Shown here: piece after piece, positions 39,632 through 52,761 of the stretch | Layout of the letters: the number at the start of each line of letters is the position of its first letter | How positions within the stretch are numbered: the stretch's first letter is position 1 | Origin: Octopus sinensis | Taxonomy: Eukaryota | DNA: 64,000 bases | Direction of reading: 5' to 3' | Assembly: GCF_006345805.1 (NCBI RefSeq) | Contig: NC_043010.1 | Coordinates: 59,830,001-59,894,000 of the forward strand | Program-made: the position numbers and the translations under genes | Notes under the pieces: model-generated | Database searches by the model: none | Told to the model about the DNA's origin: nothing | Seen by the model: the letters and a program-made list of their open reading frames with translations, nothing else

Positions 39632-42600
39632 ATGAAGATGGTCTTAATAGCGATATGGATATTACAGTCTCTGCTTCACTGTTCTGTCTCTAAAGACATT
39701 GTTTACCATGTGAAAGAAGAGAACAGTCCTGTTATCAACATAGGAGACATTACTGCTGATTCCCAGTTAAAGGACACTGCATTATTATCGTTCAGTCAGT
39801 TGCAACAGAAGGGAACACAGCTGTTTAATGTGACCACCACTGGGAAGATATACACCACACAAACACTGGATGCTGAGTCTCTGTGTACTTTTGAGAAAGA
39901 ATGCTTTCACACAATTAAGGTAGCCGTTCATAAAGCAGGTAAATTTATAAAGATATTGAAAATTAAGGTGATTATAGAAGACATCAATGACCATCAACCA
40001 GAGTTTCCTGTGGAACAAATTAAGATGGAATTTGATGAAAGTCATGGAAAAGGTACAAAACAATCGATTCCCAATGCCATTGACAAAGATGTTGGATTAC
40101 AGAACAGATTAGTGAATTACGAATTGAAGGGAAATAACCAACAGTTTTCTTTGTCCACATTTCAGATAGCAGATAGTTTGCTGTCATTAGAAATCGTTTT
40201 AGAAGAAAAGTTAGATAGGGAGACGAAAGACAGATATGATATAGAAGTGATTGCTAAGGATGGAAGCAATCCACCCAAACAGGGTGTCTTAAATGTGCAC
40301 ATAACTGTGAAAGATGAAAACGATAACAGACCAATTTTCTCTGATAAAACATACAATGTCTCTATACAAAGTAACCATCAAAGGAATATACCGGTTATTG
40401 TCATGTTGGCAAAAGACTCTGATATTGGAGAAAATGGTAAAGTTTCATATTATATCAGTTCCTTAACATCTAAAGACTCAATGAACAACTTTAGGATAGA
40501 GCAGCAATCAGGGGAAATATTCCAGTCTAAACATTCTAATTTAGAAAAGAAGAAATCATTTAAATTATATATTGAAGCCAGAGATGGGGGCAGCCCTCCT
40601 CTCAGTTCCATTGCAACTGTTATGGTAAATGTCATCAACCAGCAGAACAATCCCCCAAATATTGATGTGAACTTTATTTCTACACAGAATCACAACACAG
40701 CTACCATTCTGGAAGACATCAAAGTTGGTAGTTTCATTGCTTATGTGATGGTCACTGACAATGATGTTGGACACAATGGACAGGTGAACTGTCATATCAA
40801 AGATGACACATTCAAACTACAGTCAATGGGATCGAAGGAATATAAAATAGTTCTAAAGAAAGCAGTAGACAGAGAGACACAGGAACATTATCACTTTACT
40901 GTGTCGTGTGAAGATAAAGGATTACCTGCTCTGAAACTGATAAAGATCTGTCAATCCAAGTGTTAGATGTGAATGATGTAGAACCACACTTTACGAAAGA
41001 CACATTCAAGTTCCTTACCTATGAGAATGACAAAGCTAATTTCCCTATTGGCTTTATCAATGCTACAGACCCAGATATTGGTAAGGGAGGTGAATTGTCT
41101 TATTCTCTGAGAAATAAACAGCAATATCGTCTGCCATTCCAGATTATCAACTCTGGCTTTATTTCAACAAACCAGTCTTTAGACAGAGAACACAGAGATT
41201 TCTATGAGTTTGAGGTTTTGTGAAAGACAATGGAAGCCCATCTCTGAATAACACAGTGAATGTTGAAGTGGAAGTATTGGATAGAAATGATAATACTCCA
41301 TATTTTACATTTCCTAGTGTTGACCCTTTCACTCTTAATGTCCACTATCATCCGCAAAGTAAGAACGACATCACAGTTCTGAAAGCATCTGATATAGACA
41401 GTCACATGAATGCTTTTCTCAGGTACGAAATCGTTTCAGGTAACGAGAGACAGTTATTTAAACTGGATTCGTTCACTGGTGTGTTATCTTACTCTCGCAC
41501 AGTTTACCAAAATGATGCCGGATCATATGAGCTTGAGTTTGTTGTGAAAGACAGTGGTACTCCAGTTCTGTCAGCAACAACTAGTGTGTCTTTGACACTG
41601 ACTGTTAGTAACAAGACGTCACCAATGTTCACAGCTGTGCACCTACCAAGTGATAACACAATAGATGCGACATTGTTGATTATCATTGTAGTAGCAGCTG
41701 TGATAGTATCTATAGCTATTGTGGTTTCTATAACCCTGTGTATTGTGAGATGTAACAATGTGAGAAATAGCTCATCTGAAAGAACAGCAGAAGAGAAACA
41801 GGCATACCAATGTCGCAATGAGATGAGACAGTTGATCTATCAAGGTAACAACAGTGTACCTGTGATGTCAGACAGATATGGTCATTCGAGGAGTCATTAC
41901 TATCCCGAAGACTGGAAGACGTCAACAATGAACAGAACACTCCAGAAGTCAACAAGGGTAAGTATTATTTTTAGAAAACTATGAGTGTATTTGACAAAAG
42001 TAAAATTAAGTACATGTCAATGGTCTATTAGAATGAGTAAATGATTGATGAGGATGGCTTGAAATATTTGTTACCAGCTCTTTATATTCTGAGTTCAAAT
42101 CTAGCCGTACCCTACTTGGGTTGTAGATCTGAATGTGTCACCAAGTTTAACATCAACTCTTTCCAGTTTAGAACAATTAGTGGAGGTGATCACTTCCTTT
42201 ATCCTCTTACTAATTGATAAGGAATCAATAAAAATCTAGGGTCAGTATATTTAAATATACCCTAAATTAGAGATTATAGCCATGTGTCTATAGTAGAAAT
42301 GAATATGATTTAACCCTTGTAAATATTTGATAATTAATTATTGCTATATGATAAGTAGGGCCTGGAGCTTGAAATGAGAAATCTCCCTGGAATTTAGCTG
42401 GATGATGTCAAGAAGAATGGCACTGCCATCATTTCTCTTCAAGTTACTCTTCACATCACTGCTGACATCTGACATAAATATTGCTGTCACATATGAACCA
42501 TTTCAACTTTATTCCTCTGTTTTCTCCGCAAGATTGCCTATATGAAGGGGGCCAATCTATATGAGCCCTATCAGATTTGAGGCATTCTGTTGTTTTTTTT

Positions 42601-43767
42601 TCTCATTTTAACGAGTGTCTTGTTGCAGGCAACTTACCCATTTAGCTGAAATCCCTTTAGCCAAACGAATACTCTTGTCACCAATATCTTCTCTTTGACA
42701 TCATCTTTTGCCATTTGCTGCTTCTTTTCTGACTGGGAATTACTGTCTTCTGGTTATGTTTTCAGTGTCTACCCCCTTCCGGGACAGACATGGTTGGTAT
42801 CTGCATCTCTGTTGGTGGTAGCAGCCTTCATACTGGGATGACAATGCAAAGTGAAATCCCTGTAGTGAACCTTCTCTACTTGGAGCAAAGGAAGGCATTG
42901 TAGGCAACAATCTGCAGGAAAGATAGGATGGGCTTAACAAAGATTCATCAATTTGAACATATTTAGCATTTTTTTTCCAATTTATGGTCACAAATTTGGA
43001 AACACAGAAGATATTCCAGAAATTTATTTAGTTAATGATGTTATCAAAACAATGACCTTAAACAAATATTTGGATATATAACATCTTAATAATCCTCAGC
43101 ACAAACCTGTTTTAAATATTTAAGATAATATTTGCAAAGATAAATGTGTATTTAGTTCAAAGGCTGACCAATTATAGAATCTCTCTCTCTCTCTCTCTCA
43201 CCTGTCTGCTACAGCACTGAAGTTATTTGACGGCAAAACTGTGATAAATTATTCAATATTAGATATAGCATTGATGGTCGCAAATGATATTTGTGCATTA
43301 TATCTTGTTACTATTGTATTTTACAGCAGAAATACAGTCAACCGATTGAGGTGACATCTTATGGAGACAACAGACCGTCTTCTAACTATCCCACTGACAC
43401 ATTGACCAGTCGTAAGAGCAGTGGACAGTACTGGAGTGAGCGGTCAAGTAGACAGTATGAAGAAATACCAGCAATGTCAGGTAGGATATCAATCCATTCT
43501 CATTTAATATTACAGTAATTCATTACTAATTATTGTATTAATTATTGTTGTAGACTGAGATGTAATTAGTTCTGTCTGTGTGTCCGTAGAGTATTTCTGA
43601 TGATGGTGATTGTTTCAGACATTGCTACATTAAAACAATGTTTTGCAGGGATCTATGGTAGCCAACAGGATACACCAGTGAACCCCGAAAGACAACAGTA
43701 TCAAGACAGATATGTGAAACCTCCAGAGAGACAGTTACCTTCAACACCAGATGTCATTACTAACTGA
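39632..43767 (+). pseudogene. Protocadherin copy 5, frameshifted as assembled (recent pseudogene or sequencing error)
   Basis: join(39632-41957, 43327-43480, 43649-43767). One A is missing from an A4 run (about 40934) and one T from a T5 run (about 41216), plus an in-frame 21-nt deletion at about 41870. Splice sites and the remaining sequence are intact. Confidence 0.8.
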
Positions 43768-44101
43768 CCACTGGTCATTTACTAAATATTGACAACTATA
43801 TTTCAGACGTGATGCTCCCTACACACTCATACAAACTAATATAAATATAACTTCTCTCTTTGCCAATTTTATACACCAACATATGATACAATATATAGAC
43901 ACTAACGGTGAAGTCAGCAATATTTCAGCCCGCATGTATACACACACACAGAATTTTGCATAATGTTATATATAAGCTAATATTTTCTTTATATTTCCCA
44001 AATATCCCTTGAATTAATCTAGAATATATTTCAAATATTGTTATGAAAATATTACATCCAAGAAATTATTGTTTAGAAAAATAAATACTAAAATGAACAT
44101 G

Positions 44102-44559
44102 TCTTAACCAGAACTGTTCTATATTAACATCATTTGTTAGTAATATATTTACCAATATCAGTGATGTTTTGTTAATATGAGATCCGTATGAAACACTGAA
44201 TATATATATATATCTATGCCAGTGTTATATAGTCTTATTATGGCTGACTGTTAGTGGGGCTGATATTCTGTATTCTTTCTTTCTTCTTCTGTGTGAGGGG
44301 AAATAGTCTGAGTGAAACTGGAATAAGCATCACCCATCTCTCATACACACACACATGTATATATACTTACACACACATTAAACACCACCCATCCACAAAG
44401 GAAGACTGAGAGGGAACTGCTGGTTCCCACTGACTCACCACCAACACTATTCCATCAACATGAAGCCATTGTCACACCATAGCAGCAGTGACACAGACAA
44501 CCATTAACAACAGAACATTGGGACCAAGTCACAGTTTATAACAAAGGATTTTACATGCT
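44102..44559 (+). promoter_or_regulatory. Orphan promoter and leader exon (ghost unit 6)
   Basis: The core 44390-44545 is essentially identical to the functional leaders and has a gtaagt donor at 44560. No cadherin exon follows. Confidence 0.75.
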
Positions 44560-44871
44560 GTAAGTATCAACATTTAGTTTTACTTACCTATTGCTGTTGT
44601 TGTTGTTTGTCCCCTTGGTCAGTTCTGGTCAAGTAATTCATGGAAATTTTTCTAATCATCATCACCTCTCTTTCACCAATTTTACCTTATTGTATAACAG
44701 TGTCCATCTGACCCTGTCCCCACCATGTGAGAATCCTGCAAAGAATTTCCCCTTGAATTTGAAATGTAGAAAACATTGTGTAGACTAGAAGAGTTATTTT
44801 CCTGTTGAAGTTTCTCTGTTTCAAAATATATTAAACTTATTTTAAATGCTTGAATATTGTTTCTATTTCAG

Positions 44872-44993
44872 GAGGTTCCAGTTCAAACTACCACTCCACC
44901 ATTTAACAATGTGAAACTCCATTATCAAGAAAACACACAAACCCCACCCCAGAAAGACAGTTTCTTTCAACACTTGATGCAAACTTAATCTGA
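44872..44993 (+). pseudogene. Degenerate protocadherin terminal exon
   Basis: tttcag| acceptor; 122 nt in the same phase as the 119-nt terminal exon; ends PERQFLSTLDANLI* versus PERQLPSTPDVITN*; internal in-frame TAA. Confidence 0.7.
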
Positions 44994-45486
44994 TAATCTT
45001 CAATATTAAAATGTTGAGAACTCCTTGCTTAAATTTTTACTGTGTTTTTTTATATGTATTTGTTCAGTTATAACAGATTATGTGATAATTATAATCAGTG
45101 TTTCTATGTTGAATATTTCCTTCGTATATTGAACAATCTAGAACAAAAACCAAAGAAAACTGTTTATGGACATTTTTAGAAAAGATTCAATTAGCAAACG
45201 ATGACAGTTTTTGAAAAATTTCATTTATAAAAAAGACAACAAAATTTGGTTTACGAAAATAAAATTTTAAAAAAATGAATGTTTAAAGTACCAAGACTTG
45301 TGGAGTTTGTTTCTATTTCACTTCATTTCTTATTCCATCGCAGAATTAGATCAGACACACGTGACATCTTTTGTCTTCCACTCTTTTTAACCGTTAGCTA
45401 GCAATTTATTAATATAGTAACAGCATGGGCTCTATTTTTATTGTAGAGATTAATTTTTGCTGAGCATTTTTGTGTCAGTGTCTTTG

Positions 45487-45829
45487 CATCAGATGTGTTG
45501 GTCTAATATGGATTTATTATGGCTGATATTGTGTGTTCTCCTCACTGATGAGGAACACAGCATCTAATCTGAATGAAGCTGGAGTAAGCATCACCCTTCT
45601 ATGTTACATCTTTATACGCACACACACACATACACACATTATACACCACCCATCCACAGAGGAAGACTTGAGAGGGAACTGCTGGTTTCCACTGACTCAC
45701 CACCAACACTATTCCATCAACATGAAGCCATTGTCACACCATAGCAGCAGTGACACAGACAACCATTAACAACAGAACATTGGGACCAAGTCACAGTTTA
45801 TACAACAAAGGATTTTACACACAATCAAT
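45487..45829 (+). promoter_or_regulatory. Orphan promoter and leader exon (ghost unit 7)
   Basis: The core 45650-45825 is near-identical to the functional leaders, with a gtaagt donor at 45830. The upstream part is diverged and no cadherin exon follows. Confidence 0.72.
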
Positions 45830-47025
45830 GTAAGTAGTTTTCATTTTAGTTTTACTTTGTGATTCTTTCTCACATCTTTGCTCAGTTTTGGTCTTGTTTC
45901 ATGTTGAATATTTCTCTGTTGTTTCTTAAATAATGCAAACAACAGAAGCTGGGAGAATCTGGGATGCTGAGACCAAAAAAAATAAATAATATTTTAAAAG
46001 ATAGAAAATACTGTTAGGACAATTCACAGGAAATTTCTGAGTTGCCAGGAGAAAGCATGCTGTGCTTTTATGTCTCCCTCTGGTGTAAATGAAGTAAGAT
46101 CATTGTACCAAACATCATTTTGTAAGATTTTGCATCTGATAGGTCTGTGTTGAATTGTTACATGGAGTCCTGCAATTGCTGTGTGTCTATACACACACAC
46201 ACACACAAATTGTGCAATATGTTTTGTTTTTGTAGTTTGTAATTTAACCCCAGCTCAGCCCTGAACCAAACCTGTAATCAGACACGGTCCAGTAGTATTC
46301 ATTCCATCTTTAGTTCAGCATAGTGTATCTAGGATCTTAATATTTCAATGTTGTCTTCTTGTTCTTAAGGTAGTGTGCAATGATTTGAGGTAAATTTAGC
46401 TGCTGTTTCTAACAAGTTGTGGTTCCCTCATTCACTCCATTATAATTATACAGTTATTGTAATAGGGGAAGAGAAATGTTGTAGGTGTCATTTGTAAAGG
46501 AGGAAACTGGTCATCAGACCTTCCAATGTTGCCCATCACACCACCACCATTACTTTGTTGTTGTATTCCACAGCCTGCATTTCAGGGTATACACGAGTGG
46601 TGGGAGGAGGTGAGATAGTTACCCTCAGGCAGGAGGCATCACCTAAATACTTGCAAAAGAGTGACCTCTGCAAAATGTACCCCAGGTTCGGGTGGTGCCT
46701 TTAGAGTAGAAGATGGATTTAGTCTGCAAACTGAAGGACACTAACAGTCCCTGCAAACTGAAGGACACTAACAGTCCCTCAGTCCACACGATTTCTCTCC
46801 ATCAGATTTCACTTGCAAGACTTTGGTTGACCTGAGACTGTAGTGAAAGACATTTGCTCAAGATATCAAAAAGTGTGAATTTGAAAAGCATCTGCTTCTG
46901 AAGAGAGAACTTCTTAATCGCAGTCATGCTTCGAGTTTTGCATTGATGTAGTTTCAGTTAACATCCAGGAGAATATTGCTACAGAATTCCTCAAAAATCT
47001 TGTTACTATTGCAATTTAACTTCAG

Positions 47026-47137
47026 ATCTAATTTTTATTTGACAACAGGACTTGCCATAATGGCAGAAATACATCAATCATTGACTTACCTATTACAAGA
47101 GAAACAAAACTGGGGCAGAAGACACGAAAAATGTCAG
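47026..47137 (+). pseudogene. Probable relic of the penultimate protocadherin exon
   Basis: The upstream atcttgttactattg is identical to the sequence before the copy 5 exon-3 acceptor. The exon is 112 nt (3n+1, same phases as exon 3), translates I*FLFDNR...GQ...MS versus DNR...GQ...MS, and ends ATGTCAG|gtaaga as in copy 4. Confidence 0.55.
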
Positions 47138-47394
47138 GTAAGAAGTCAAATTACTTCTCGGCGTAATCATTATGATATGATGATTAATTGATATGGAACT
47201 GAATGTTAACACCATAGCATCAATAACAACAAATGAGGAGCTTACTTTCAAAATCGGTATAAGTGCATATTTGGTTGATTTCATGATGATCATTAAAACA
47301 CAATCTGTAAGCTGCTGGCTTCATCATCATCATCATGAAATTTTTTTTCAGTCAAACTGTGATAGAAGCCAGTAGGCAAATCTTAGTCTTCCAA

Positions 47395-47617
47395 TGTGTA
47401 AACTGTGGGTATGGAGGTATGGTATCTCCTATGTATATTTCCTATTTAGTATTGGGGAGGTTTCATTTATAAGGATGTACTCCTGTATTTATCCAAGCAC
47501 CCAAAAGATCCAACACTCAGACAAAACAGGAGTACATCCTTATAAATGAAACCTCCCCAATACTAAATAGGAAATATACATAGGAGATACCATACCTCCA
47601 TACCCACAGTTTACACA
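47395..47617. repeat. Perfect 92-bp inverted repeat with a 39-nt spacer
   Basis: 47395-47486 is the exact reverse complement of 47526-47617. Confidence 0.92.
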
Positions 47618-50430
47618 GGTAGAGTAGAATGGTTAGGGGACTGTCAGGTAGATAAATGTATGTGTGTGTGTGTGTGTGTGTGTGTGCACCTTTTTTCTTT
47701 TTCTGCATGTAAGCATATAGACATGAAAATAAACAGATCAACAGACAGATATGTACATAGACTACAAGAACAGACACATATGGAGACAGAGATCCACACA
47801 TATAAAGATGCACATCCATGCATACAAACATGGTACATAGTTACATAACACATGCACACACACACACAAGGAGACAGAGGTGCATACATATACAAACACA
47901 TGCTCACACACACATACATAGAAAATATACTAACACGGACATGCAAGCACATAAATATGCAGGATACGACACACACATATACATACGTACACATGCATAC
48001 GTACATGCATGCATGCATGTATAGGCACACACATACGCTTGCGCACAAACAAACAAAAGGGAATGCAGTGTAACTAACAGACAGAGTCAAGACTATTGAA
48101 AAGGTTGAAAGATGCAACAAAAATTTTAGGAAAATAAAAATAAGAAACAAGTGGAAATTTTACCAGTGAATGTGTTACATTATAAGGCACAAAAAAAAAA
48201 TGACTCTCCCCAGACACAAGAGAGTAAAATAGTTTTGCCAGAGGCACAAATCAACCCATGTGATAGGTTATTGATTGATAGCTTTTTAAGATATTGATAC
48301 AAATGGACATACTTAGATCAGAGAGTTTTCTTTTTAATAATTTTCATATTGGCACAGCCATGCATTTTACTGCCTCAGCTTCTTATTCAAAAGCGATGAG
48401 CTTTTCCTATAAATGATGTGAAGTGATTAGTTGAGCTCCCAGCTTCCTTTGGTGGCCATCATCAAAATGAGTGAATTAGAGAATTAGTGTTTATTATTGT
48501 GAGGATGGATTCTTTGACTGTCCAGAAAATCATCATTTTATGACCTTCCATTCTGGCATGGATTGGGTGGTTTCACAGGAAATGGCACCAAGGTCTGCTG
48601 TCTGTTACAGCATCGCTTCTTTCTACAGAGTGTACTGGGTGCTTTTTATGTGAGGCCACCAAGTAATTTGCAGGACAAGACCCCTGAACTGGGTGTGAGG
48701 TGTGGGAGGGTAGTATTGAGGGACAGAAATGGTGTCTTGCATCAGAAGAGAAACATGGTTATCTCAGATGGAGAGAGGGGAAGGGGCAGGGGTCGTACTC
48801 CCCAAGTTAGAGGGTGGTGTATATAGTGAAGAGGACCAGGGATTGGAAAGGGCGAGATAAAAGGGTGAGTTCACAAGATTTCAAAAGGGGGTTGGGAGGT
48901 GGAAGAGATGTAATGAGTTGGCACTGGTAGAGGGAGGGGACAGTTGTAAGGAAGGGATTAACAGGGGCATTTTGAGTGCAGGTAGGTATGTGAGTTAAGA
49001 TGGATGGCAGAGGGAGGGGCATGGAGGTGGATTTTACGTAGCTGGGCAGGTCTGCTCAAAGCATAGCAATTTGTCTCAGTCGTTTGTCAATGAGTTTCCA
49101 ATTCTTTGAACACCTGAATTCTTATGAAATGAAGTGAATGTCGAAGTGGCTGAATATTCCACAGACATATGTACCCTTAAAGCTATTCTCAGACAGAATC
49201 AGAATGACACATTGTGGCTATGCTGGACCTTTGAATTACTGGTACATTCCAAAAAAAAAAAAAGGGGAGGAGGGAGAAGAATTGACTCCCCCCCCGTACT
49301 GAAAGGATGAAGATCAAAGTTGACTTCACTGACATTTGATCTCAAAGTGCAAAGAACCAGAATTGATCCTACACAGCATCATTCCATCTGGTGCTCCAGC
49401 GATTTTGCCAGTTCACCAATTTAGTCTTTATTATTATTATTGTTGTTTTGCTCTAAGTCAGTACCTGATTGAGCAGACCTTCGCTTCGATCAAAGGGATT
49501 CCAACTGCAACCATCTCATCTTTTTCTTGTATTCAGAGAACCCAGCATCATGTTGTCAAATGTGTTCTCTTGTAAGATGGTGGAGTTTGATTTGAGGGAG
49601 ATTTGCCTGCTTCTTCTAGCCAGTCAAGTAACTGTTTGTGTGTATTGATTGGATGTTGGGGTATTGTCACTGTTCAAAAACTAATTACTGTTGGATGGAG
49701 TGAGGGCCGGGTTCATTAACACTAAACACTGATTAATGTTATGGTTTACTTTATTGATTTCATTATTTGTTATCAAATAATAACAACGAATGAGTTTCGA
49801 GCACTAGGCTGGTCCTGGTTGGGCAGAAATTATGTTCAAAACCATCCTGTTCCTTTACAAGAGTGGAAGCCTACATTATCTTATGTACCTTTTCGTTATT
49901 TAAGACAGTAGAGTGTGACTTGAAGGTGATTTAGCTGTTATTTTAAGCACATTAAGTGACTACATAGATGCTCTTTTGTTGGCTCATTATTATCTGGGCA
50001 ATTCTGTCAAGTCCCAGATCAGCATTAGTTCAGCAGATCCAAAACATAGCAGCAATGACCATTATTTAGAACAGGGTTGAATGTATCTTTCTCATTTTTT
50101 TTTCCAATATATATTTTCATTTCAAAATTCTTGGTAAATGTGGAATCTGAGTGGATAGAAGAAGCCAGAAATATACTGGAAAGATCGGTATACTGTTCCT
50201 TTATTTAGTTTATCCTAGAAAATTGAAGACAAATTTGACTTTGTTAGGATTCAGCCTCAAAACAGAGGCTAAACCCCACAGTAGTCTCTGTCTGATGCTC
50301 TCCAACTTCTGCCGTCCATTGCTTCTATAAGAAACAATACACAATGTTTGTGGGGGTGGAGTCTATCTTCCATTGTTAGTGTTAACTGTTTCTAAACTAA
50401 ACCAGTTTACTAATTGCTTAAGTCTGACAT

Positions 50431-50593
50431 AGGCGCAGGAGTGGCTGTGTGGTAAGTAGCTTGTCTACCAACCACATGGTTCCGGGTTCAGTCCCACTGC
50501 GTGGCACCTTGGGCAAGTGTCTTCTACTATAGCCTTGGGCCGACCAAAGCCTTGTGAGTGGATTTGGTAGATAGAAACTGAAAGAGGCCCGTC

Positions 50594-50634
<41 letters not shown>

Positions 50635-50860
50635 TGTGTGTGTTTGTGTGTCTGTGTTTGTCCCCTAGCATTGCTTGACAACCGTGCTGGTGTGTTTATG
50701 TCCCCGTTATCTAGCGGTTCAGCAAAAGAGACCGATAGAATAAGTACTGGGCTTACAAAAGAATAAGTTCCGGGGTCGAGTTGCTCGATTAAAGGCGGTG
50801 CTCCAGCATGGCCGCAGTCAAATGACTGAAACAAGTAAAAGAGAGTAAAGAGTAAAAGAG
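50431..50860 (+). mobile_element. Full-length octopus-type tRNA-derived SINE
   Basis: 5' A-box-like TGGCTGTGTGG and B-box-like GGTTCAGTCCC, internal (TA)n(TG)n, 3' (AAAGAGT)n tail; CpGs retained. Confidence 0.85.
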
Positions 50861-52377
50861 TGTAGAGAGTACTCTGACATGTGCAAGCTTCAGTTGAAAT
50901 TAGGGAAAGCTTTGTGAAGAATTAACTGGATTGGAGGTACAAACAAACCCTAAGACCCAGTCTTCAGTGTGGCAATGTTAATAAGCCAGTTTCCTTCAAG
51001 CAGTTATTTCTATGAAGGTGATATTTGTTGGCCACAATAACACCACCACCACCACCACCACCACCACCCTGCCATTTGTGACCTTTGGTGAAGTCCAGAC
51101 ATTTAGGCAAGGTTTCTGGTCTGGAAATACCATACATCCTCCCTTTTTTTTCTTCCTTCCTCTCGTTAGTCTTTAAAACCCCTGAAAAGGGTCTCCTGAC
51201 TTACAAAATTAGAAACAAAACAAAAATACTATTACCATCTAATTAGTCAATTTGTCACCAGTAATTGAATAGTAATTTTTATAAACGTTATAAAGCTGCA
51301 AGTCACAGTAATTTATGAACTATTGTTTACATGCAAGCTGTTAATTAATTAGCTAAGATAATTAGCCAATCTGTTTCCTTGAAGGGCACAATCTGTTTTA
51401 CATTGATAATTGATCTTTCATTAATGTAAATGATTAGCATTCAGTAGCTCAATCAGCTGAACGTGGCTGGGTATTCCATAGACACATGCACCCTTGCCCT
51501 ACTTCTCGGGGCAAATCAGCAATGTGTGGCGTGGCTGGAGCTCCTCACAGTTCTCATCTAACCTGTTTCACCCACAAGGCTTAGGTTTAACCTTAAACTA
51601 TTTTTAAAATATTTGATCAAGATGCCATGCTCGGGGAATGAAATGACCAAATCCTTAAGAAAAGGAATCGGTCACTTCGACGCCCCCCACCCCCACCACA
51701 CACAAGTGCTTCTACCATTATCGTTCTTCGCTCTCCTCATCTCTATCCCCCGGGTTCGCGTGTTTCTGTCTTATTGTCTATCGCCTCCTTTCTCCTATCT
51801 CAAAATACCACAGATGTTTTAATTCGAGGAGAGAGAGAGTTGGCTGCCATTTCTAGCCGATCGGGCGACCATGTTGTCTTCCTCGTGTTGCCGCCATTAC
51901 TCCATCAACCGTGCATGTTGCACACGTGACTGACTGACAGCAGTTCAATGCAACTGGAATTCCGTTTTATTGCATTCCAAACACATTACCAATTCCATCA
52001 GATGAATGAAACACCATCACCTCCCCTCCTCCTCCTCTCTTTGCACGCACGCCATCGCACACACACACACACACACACACTGAGAACAGATGCTGCTATT
52101 TATATATGCACATATTAATTAATGAATGCTTGTATATGCAAATAAATACATTAAGCTACACATCTACTCTCTGCCCAACGTGCTTATATGCATTTGTGTG
52201 TCTATCTATCTATCTATCTATCTATCGATCCACACACACGCAAGCACACCGAGAAATAGACATTTCCTGTGTTGACAATGTGTAACAATATCGTATTTAT
52301 ACTCTACGACGGCAATTTAATAAACTAAATATGTGTATACATAGAGAGAGGGAAAGAGCGATAAATGTGCGTGTGTG

Positions 52378-52433
<56 letters not shown>

Positions 52434-52705
52434 ATTTGTGATATTTTACTGTTCTACCTCCATATCTTCGTGAGTTATTTTTGAGTAAACATTATCTGGG
52501 AGATTTTTCTTAAAGTAGTGGAAATGGCTAAAAAAACTTTTTGGCTGCTATTTCTAGAAAGTTTAGTATGTGGCAAAGTAATTTATTTTACTAAGCCCTA
52601 ATTATATAATGTAATATTTTGAATTCGCCTTAAATGGTCCTTTTACATACTGAACACTACTTTGGTGAAATTGATTAATAACTAATTAATTTTACCCTCA
52701 ATTAT

Positions 52706-52761
<56 letters not shown>

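Noticed and set aside
41860-41875. 21-nt GT...AG segment missing in copy 5, read as precise intron loss or retro-conversion
   Set aside because: Too short for a spliceosomal intron and fully explained by deletion between GATGTCAG direct repeats.
4130-43767. Vertebrate-style variable exons spliced to one shared constant region
   Set aside because: Each unit has its own pair of tail exons. Constancy comes from sequence homogenisation, not exon sharing.
46724-46779. 28-bp tandem duplication (ctgcaaactgaaggacactaacagtccc x2)
   Set aside because: A simple local slippage duplication with no further structure.
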